The notes beneath the pieces were generated by a model. That model saw only the letters and a program-made list of their open reading frames with translations, had not been told where the DNA came from and ran no database searches. From NCBI GenBank assembly GCA_050298055.1, contig JBNKTL010000005.1, positions 39,094 through 103,093 on the forward strand: a DNA stretch of 64,000 nt. Reading direction: 5' to 3'. The stretch comes from Spirochaetota bacterium. GTDB lineage: Bacteria; Spirochaetota; UBA4802; UBA5550. Shown in pieces: positions 60,216 through 64,000 of this stretch. The translations under genes and the position numbers were made by a program. The stretch's first letter is position 1. Every line of letters begins with the position of its first letter.

Positions 60216-61733
60216 ATGAAAACAAAAATAAATATAAATATAAATATAGCAATTCCAATACTTTTATGCTTGTTTCTCCTTTTTACGACAAGCTGTGATA
60301 GCGGGTCAGCATTCGATATTACAAGAGAAGGCCCCCCCTGTGCAGGTTTATGTACTCAATGGGCAAAAACAGTAGTTTCAGGTTCGAACTATTCTTGGTT
60401 TGAGTCAGTAGCAGTAGACAGCAGCGGAAATGTCTATGCTGCAGGTTTTATAAATGGTACTAGTGAGATTAATTTCGGTAATGGCCAGACGGCAACAGGT
60501 GTAATTAGTGGTGATAGTTTACTTCTTGTGAAATATAACTCATCCGGAGTAGCTCAATGGGCAAAGACAGTAACTTCTGGTTCGAACAGTTCTCGGTTTT
60601 ACTCAGTGGCCGTCGATAGCAGTGGAAATGTCTATGCTGCAGGTTATATAAATGGCACCACTGCATATGATTTCGGTAATAGCCAGACTGCCACAGGCTC
60701 ATATAGTGGGAATAATATTCTTCTTGTAAAATACAACTCATCCGGACTAGCTCAATGGGCAAAGACAGTAGATACAGGTTCGCTCTCTTCTATTTTTTAT
60801 TCAGTATCAGTAGATGGCAGCGGAAATGTCTATGCTGCAGGTTATATAAATGGCACCACTGCATATGATTTCGGTAATAGCCAGACTGCCACAGGTTCAC
60901 ATAGTAGTAATAATATACTTCTTGTGAAATATAACTCATCCGGTGTGGCTCAATGGGCAAAGACAGTAATTTCAGGTTCGAACTCTTCATGGTTTAGGTC
61001 AGTATCAGTGGACAGCATCGGAAATGTCTATGCTGCCGGTAGTATTTCGGGCACCACTGCATTTGATTTTGGCAATAGCCAGACTGCCACAGGTTCATAT
61101 AGTAGTAATAATATACTTCTTGTGAAATATAACTCATCCGGAGTAGCTCAATGGGCAAAGACGGTAGATTCAAGTTCAAGTTATTCCGAATTTTATTCAG
61201 TGGCAGTAGACGGCAGCGGAAATGTCTATGCTGCAGGTTATATTGCTGGTACCACTGCATATGATTTCGGCAATAGCCAGACTGCCACAGGTTCATATAG
61301 TAGTAATAATATACTTCTTGTGAAATATAACTCATCCGGTGTAACTCAATGGGCAAAGACAGTAACTTCTGGTTCGAACAATTCTCAGTTTCAATCAGTA
61401 GTAGTAGACAGCAGTGGAAATCTCTATGCTGCAGGTTATATAAAGGGCACTGGTGAATTTAATTTAGGCAATGATCAGATTGAAACAGGTACATTTGATG
61501 AATTAAATATACTTCTTGTGAAATACAACTCATCCGGCGTAACTCAAAAGGCAAAGACAATATCTTCAGGTTCAGATAGTTCTGTTTTCTTCTCAGTATC
61601 AGTAGACAGCAGTGGAAATGTCTATGCTGCAGGTTATATATATGGCACTACTGAATTTGATTTCGGCGATGATCAGACTGCAACAGGTGCAAATGGCACC
61701 AATAATATAATTCTTGTAAAATACTCAAATTGA
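60216..61733 (+). CDS. Lipoprotein with seven 66-aa (198-bp) SBBP-like beta-propeller repeats
   Basis: Lipobox TTS-C; repeats of QWAKTV...VAVDSSGNVYAAG...NILLVKYNSSG with a 198-bp period (60357, 60555, 60753...). Confidence 0.85.
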   Translation: MKTKINININIAIPILLCLFLLFTTSCDSGSAFDITREGPPCAGLCTQWAKTVVSGSNYSWFESVAVDSSGNVYAAGFINGTSEINFGNGQTATGVISGDSLLLVKYNSSGVAQWAKTVTSGSNSSRFYSVAVDSSGNVYAAGYINGTTAYDFGNSQTATGSYSGNNILLVKYNSSGLAQWAKTVDTGSLSSIFYSVSVDGSGNVYAAGYINGTTAYDFGNSQTATGSHSSNNILLVKYNSSGVAQWAKTVISGSNSSWFRSVSVDSIGNVYAAGSISGTTAFDFGNSQTATGSYSSNNILLVKYNSSGVAQWAKTVDSSSSYSEFYSVAVDGSGNVYAAGYIAGTTAYDFGNSQTATGSYSSNNILLVKYNSSGVTQWAKTVTSGSNNSQFQSVVVDSSGNLYAAGYIKGTGEFNLGNDQIETGTFDELNILLVKYNSSGVTQKAKTISSGSDSSVFFSVSVDSSGNVYAAGYIYGTTEFDFGDDQTATGANGTNNIILVKYSN

Positions 61734-61831
61734 GTTTCGCTTTTTTTAAGCATTTTTCTCACATCTGTAATTTCAAATTAAAGCATCAACAGATTTTAGT
61801 TGGTGCTTTTTAACAAGGGTTTTCCCTAAGG

Positions 61832-61966
61832 TGGGAGCACCGCTCCGGTGAGATCATCGAGAGGGCGGGTTTTCTCCCGCGGCCGGTGTTTGAGAGTTAG
61901 AGAGGCTGTTTCATCAATTGAGAATGATATCAGAAGGCGCGGTATTGGATCCGCGCCTTTTTTTAT
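61832..61966 (+). repeat. Duplicate of the metF 3' end plus its terminator
   Basis: 61832-61905 matches 58036-58109 with 3 mismatches; followed by the similar terminator AAGGCGCGG...CCGCGCCTTTTTTT. Confidence 0.92.
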
Positions 61967-62009
61967 AAGGGGATTGTGGACTTTTTTAGAGAAGATTACT
62001 AAAACAAAA

Positions 62010-62453
62010 ATGGGAATAAAGAAAAAACAGTTCAGTGATTTTGAGGATCTGAAAAATTATATTACATCTGCCAAAGCAAGAGGTACAATGATTTTCTCGA
62101 AGAATTCAGAGAGATACCCGGGAGTTGTTGAATCTCTTACATTTTATTCCACTAGATCGGGCAAAAAACTTGATCTTCACCACACTTTTGAATCCTACGG
62201 TCTTGACTGGATGGGAGATCTCTCAGAACACATATCCTATCATATTGAGAGTTTGGATTCATTTAAAGAAGTTTTAGATAAACCGGAAATTGACTTAAAA
62301 GAGTTGATAGTAATGTTCTCTTTACCTGAAAACTTTCAACGGACAACTGATGGAAAAACAGAAATGTATCAAAAGGGTTGGAAAGACCTCTGCAAGGACT
62401 TTAAATCGGGAAAGCTATTCATAGAGGGACTTCAGGTAAAGGAAGATTCCTGA
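62010..62453 (+). CDS. Hypothetical protein (147 aa)
   Basis: ATG 62010 lies after the duplicated terminator; no recognisable motif. Confidence 0.55.
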   Translation: MGIKKKQFSDFEDLKNYITSAKARGTMIFSKNSERYPGVVESLTFYSTRSGKKLDLHHTFESYGLDWMGDLSEHISYHIESLDSFKEVLDKPEIDLKELIVMFSLPENFQRTTDGKTEMYQKGWKDLCKDFKSGKLFIEGLQVKEDS

Positions 62454-62569
62454 AAATGGATGAATTGTATCAGCGAAATCAAAAAGTGTTTTACATATTT
62501 CCCTGGAAAGTTAAAATTATTCTTATGTATAGTTGAGTCGTTACAATCAAAGGCTATTGAGGACAGAGT

Positions 62570-62764
62570 ATGATAGAACCGGTAACAAGAAAATTTAAAA
62601 TGGAAGATGTTGATGATGATTTTGAGACTATCTCTTTCTGGATGAGTAAAACTCCGGAAGAGAGAATGGATGCCATGGGTATCCTTCATAAACGAATGAT
62701 CCTTGCACAGGGTTATAAAAGAATCCCCCGAATTAAGAAAATAACAAGAAAAGTAAAAAAATAA
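62570..62764 (+). CDS. Small protein, putative partner of the downstream nucleotidyltransferase
   Basis: RBS GAGG; FWMSKTPEERMDAM motif; basic C-terminus. Confidence 0.7.
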   Translation: MIEPVTRKFKMEDVDDDFETISFWMSKTPEERMDAMGILHKRMILAQGYKRIPRIKKITRKVKK

Positions 62765-62766
62765 AC

Positions 62767-62907
62767 GTAATTATTCGGCTATGTATTAAATAAACATTTT
62801 CATAAATAGAAGATAACTGATGTGCCCCCGCCGCATTCGGCGGCGGGGGCACATTGATGTAATTTTATTACATTCGTATATTTTTAATCATACAACTGAG
62901 TAGTAAC
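62767..62907. mobile_element. MITE-like palindromic element, copy 4 (intact, 8-bp TSD)
   Basis: TIRs GTAATTATTCGGCTATG...CATACAACTGAGTAGTAAC; central ATGTGCCCCCGCCGC-ATTCG-GCGGCGGGGGCACAT; AAATAAAC duplicated on both flanks. Confidence 0.87.
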
Positions 62908-62916
62908 AAATAAACA

Positions 62917-63380
62917 ATGAACATTCATGATGATTTTATAGAATTTATCTCACTGATGATAAAAAATAATATTGATTCATTATTGTCGGGGCGCATGTAA
63001 TGGGCTTCTACGGAATGCCCCGTGCAACCGGTGATATTGATATCTGGATTAAGCCCTCTGAAGTTAATGCAAAGAACCTGTTGCTTGTAATAAAAGAGTT
63101 TTTCGGAACAGATTTTGATTACACGGCTGCAGACCTGCTCGATGATGAAACAATTCAATTTGGGGTACAACCGGTACGAATTGATCTGATAAAAACACTA
63201 AGCGGTGTGTCCAATGAAGAATTATGGAATACGAAAATCAAAGGGCGCTTTGCTGATTATGATGTCTATTTCATCAGCAGGGAACTTTTCATTAAAAATA
63301 AAAAAGCGTCTGGAAGAAGAAAAGACCTTTTTGATGCGGAAACACTCCTTGATTTTGACGCAAAAAACTCTATAAAATGA
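62917..63380 (+). pseudogene. Nucleotidyltransferase (DUF6036/AbiEii-like) with a 1-bp deletion near 62977
   Basis: Restoring one base in GAT-TC-ATT joins MNIHDDFIEFISLMIKNNID to [F]IIVGAHVMGFYGMPRATGDID...KKASGRRKDL. Confidence 0.75.
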
Positions 63381-63716
63381 AAAAAAAGGCAAATTAAAAC
63401 TTCCCGTATATTCTTATGAACAATTCTCTGTCCTGTTTAATTTAAGGACACACACATATATAGGACACTTCGGTAAACTCAGTGTATGCTTTTCAGTATA
63501 AAAAGGACCTTTGTGGGGTGATGACGGCTTTATCACAACCTCCTGTCGCAGTACCGGCAGGTCTTTGTCTGGAAAACTTTCCTGGAAAAAACATATGACT
63601 TAAGTAAATAAATCCTGCCTGATATATAAAAACAATCAGACAATGATAAAAAGCTGGGAAACTGCATTTTTATTCACTATTTTAATAATAAGTAATTATG
63701 CAGGCAGTCATATATT

Positions 63717-64000
63717 ATGAAAATGAAAACTATTATTATATCAATAATAATTTTTCACTCTCTTTGCCTGGTTCAGTGTTCGAAATTACATGCCCAGACA
63801 TACCTGGGGTTTTACGGAGGGGCGGGTTATACTACCGGAAGTGAAGTTAATGTTTATAAATCGGGAGTTGAAGAATCCTATACGGTTGATTATACCATGT
63901 CAAGCCTCTTTGGTTTCAGGTTCATTACCAGAAGACAGGGCAATTCTGTGATCTATTACGGGATGGATCTGAATATCAGTTCGTTCAATGGTGAAGGCGA
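63717..64000 (+). CDS. Exported outer-membrane beta-barrel-like protein (3' end outside the window)
   Basis: Open to the window end: MKMKTIIISIIIFHSLCLVQCSKLHA-QTYLGFYGGAGYTT...; signal peptide followed by a Gly/aromatic strand. Confidence 0.55.
   Translation, partial: MKMKTIIISIIIFHSLCLVQCSKLHAQTYLGFYGGAGYTTGSEVNVYKSGVEESYTVDYTMSSLFGFRFITRRQGNSVIYYGMDLNISSFNGEG

Noticed and set aside
60216..61733. Diversity-generating retroelement template/variable repeats
   Set aside because: The repeats are in-frame coding repeats, differences are not adenine-specific, and no reverse transcriptase is present.
61848..62009. N-terminal 54 aa of the ORF-track protein 61848..62453
   Set aside because: This is out-of-frame translation of the duplicated metF tail and terminator.
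58170..64000. Prophage or ICE
   Set aside because: No integrase, phage structural or conjugation genes in the visible part.

Overview
Window from an anaerobic diderm bacterium; a Spirochaetota-like origin is inferred from gene content, not proven. Left to right: a partial SprA-like outer-membrane gene, a hybrid histidine kinase, a selC-selA-hemerythrin-selB operon, and a divergent NuoE/NuoF/NuoG-N (HylCBA-like) flavoprotein module with no catalytic subunit. Next come a ccmABCDEF-ccsA/hemX-hemACDBL operon, several exported proteins including an unannotated Sec-recoded DUF1573 protein, ahbD, and a RAYT transposase with GGGTCAGAGCA REP-like motifs. These are followed by a porin + 13-14-heme cytochrome + ~6-heme lipoprotein cytochrome, a likely trans-outer-membrane electron conduit. 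Directly beside it is a Wood-Ljungdahl cluster: fhs, cooC, folD, 71-aa ORF, acsD, acsA/cooS, acsB, acsC, acsE, hdrC, hdrB, GltD-fused hdrA, Sec-containing mvhD, metV, metF. An accessory region bounded by a duplicated metF 3' end closes the window. Main signals: (i) an extracellular-electron-transfer conduit clustered with the acetyl-CoA pathway and its heme and selenium supply; (ii) two UGA-recoded selenoprotein genes with SECIS-like hairpins and a bulged 7/5 tRNA-Sec; (iii) a ~141-bp MITE family with 8-bp target-site duplications; (iv) a metF 3'-end duplication differing only at synonymous sites.
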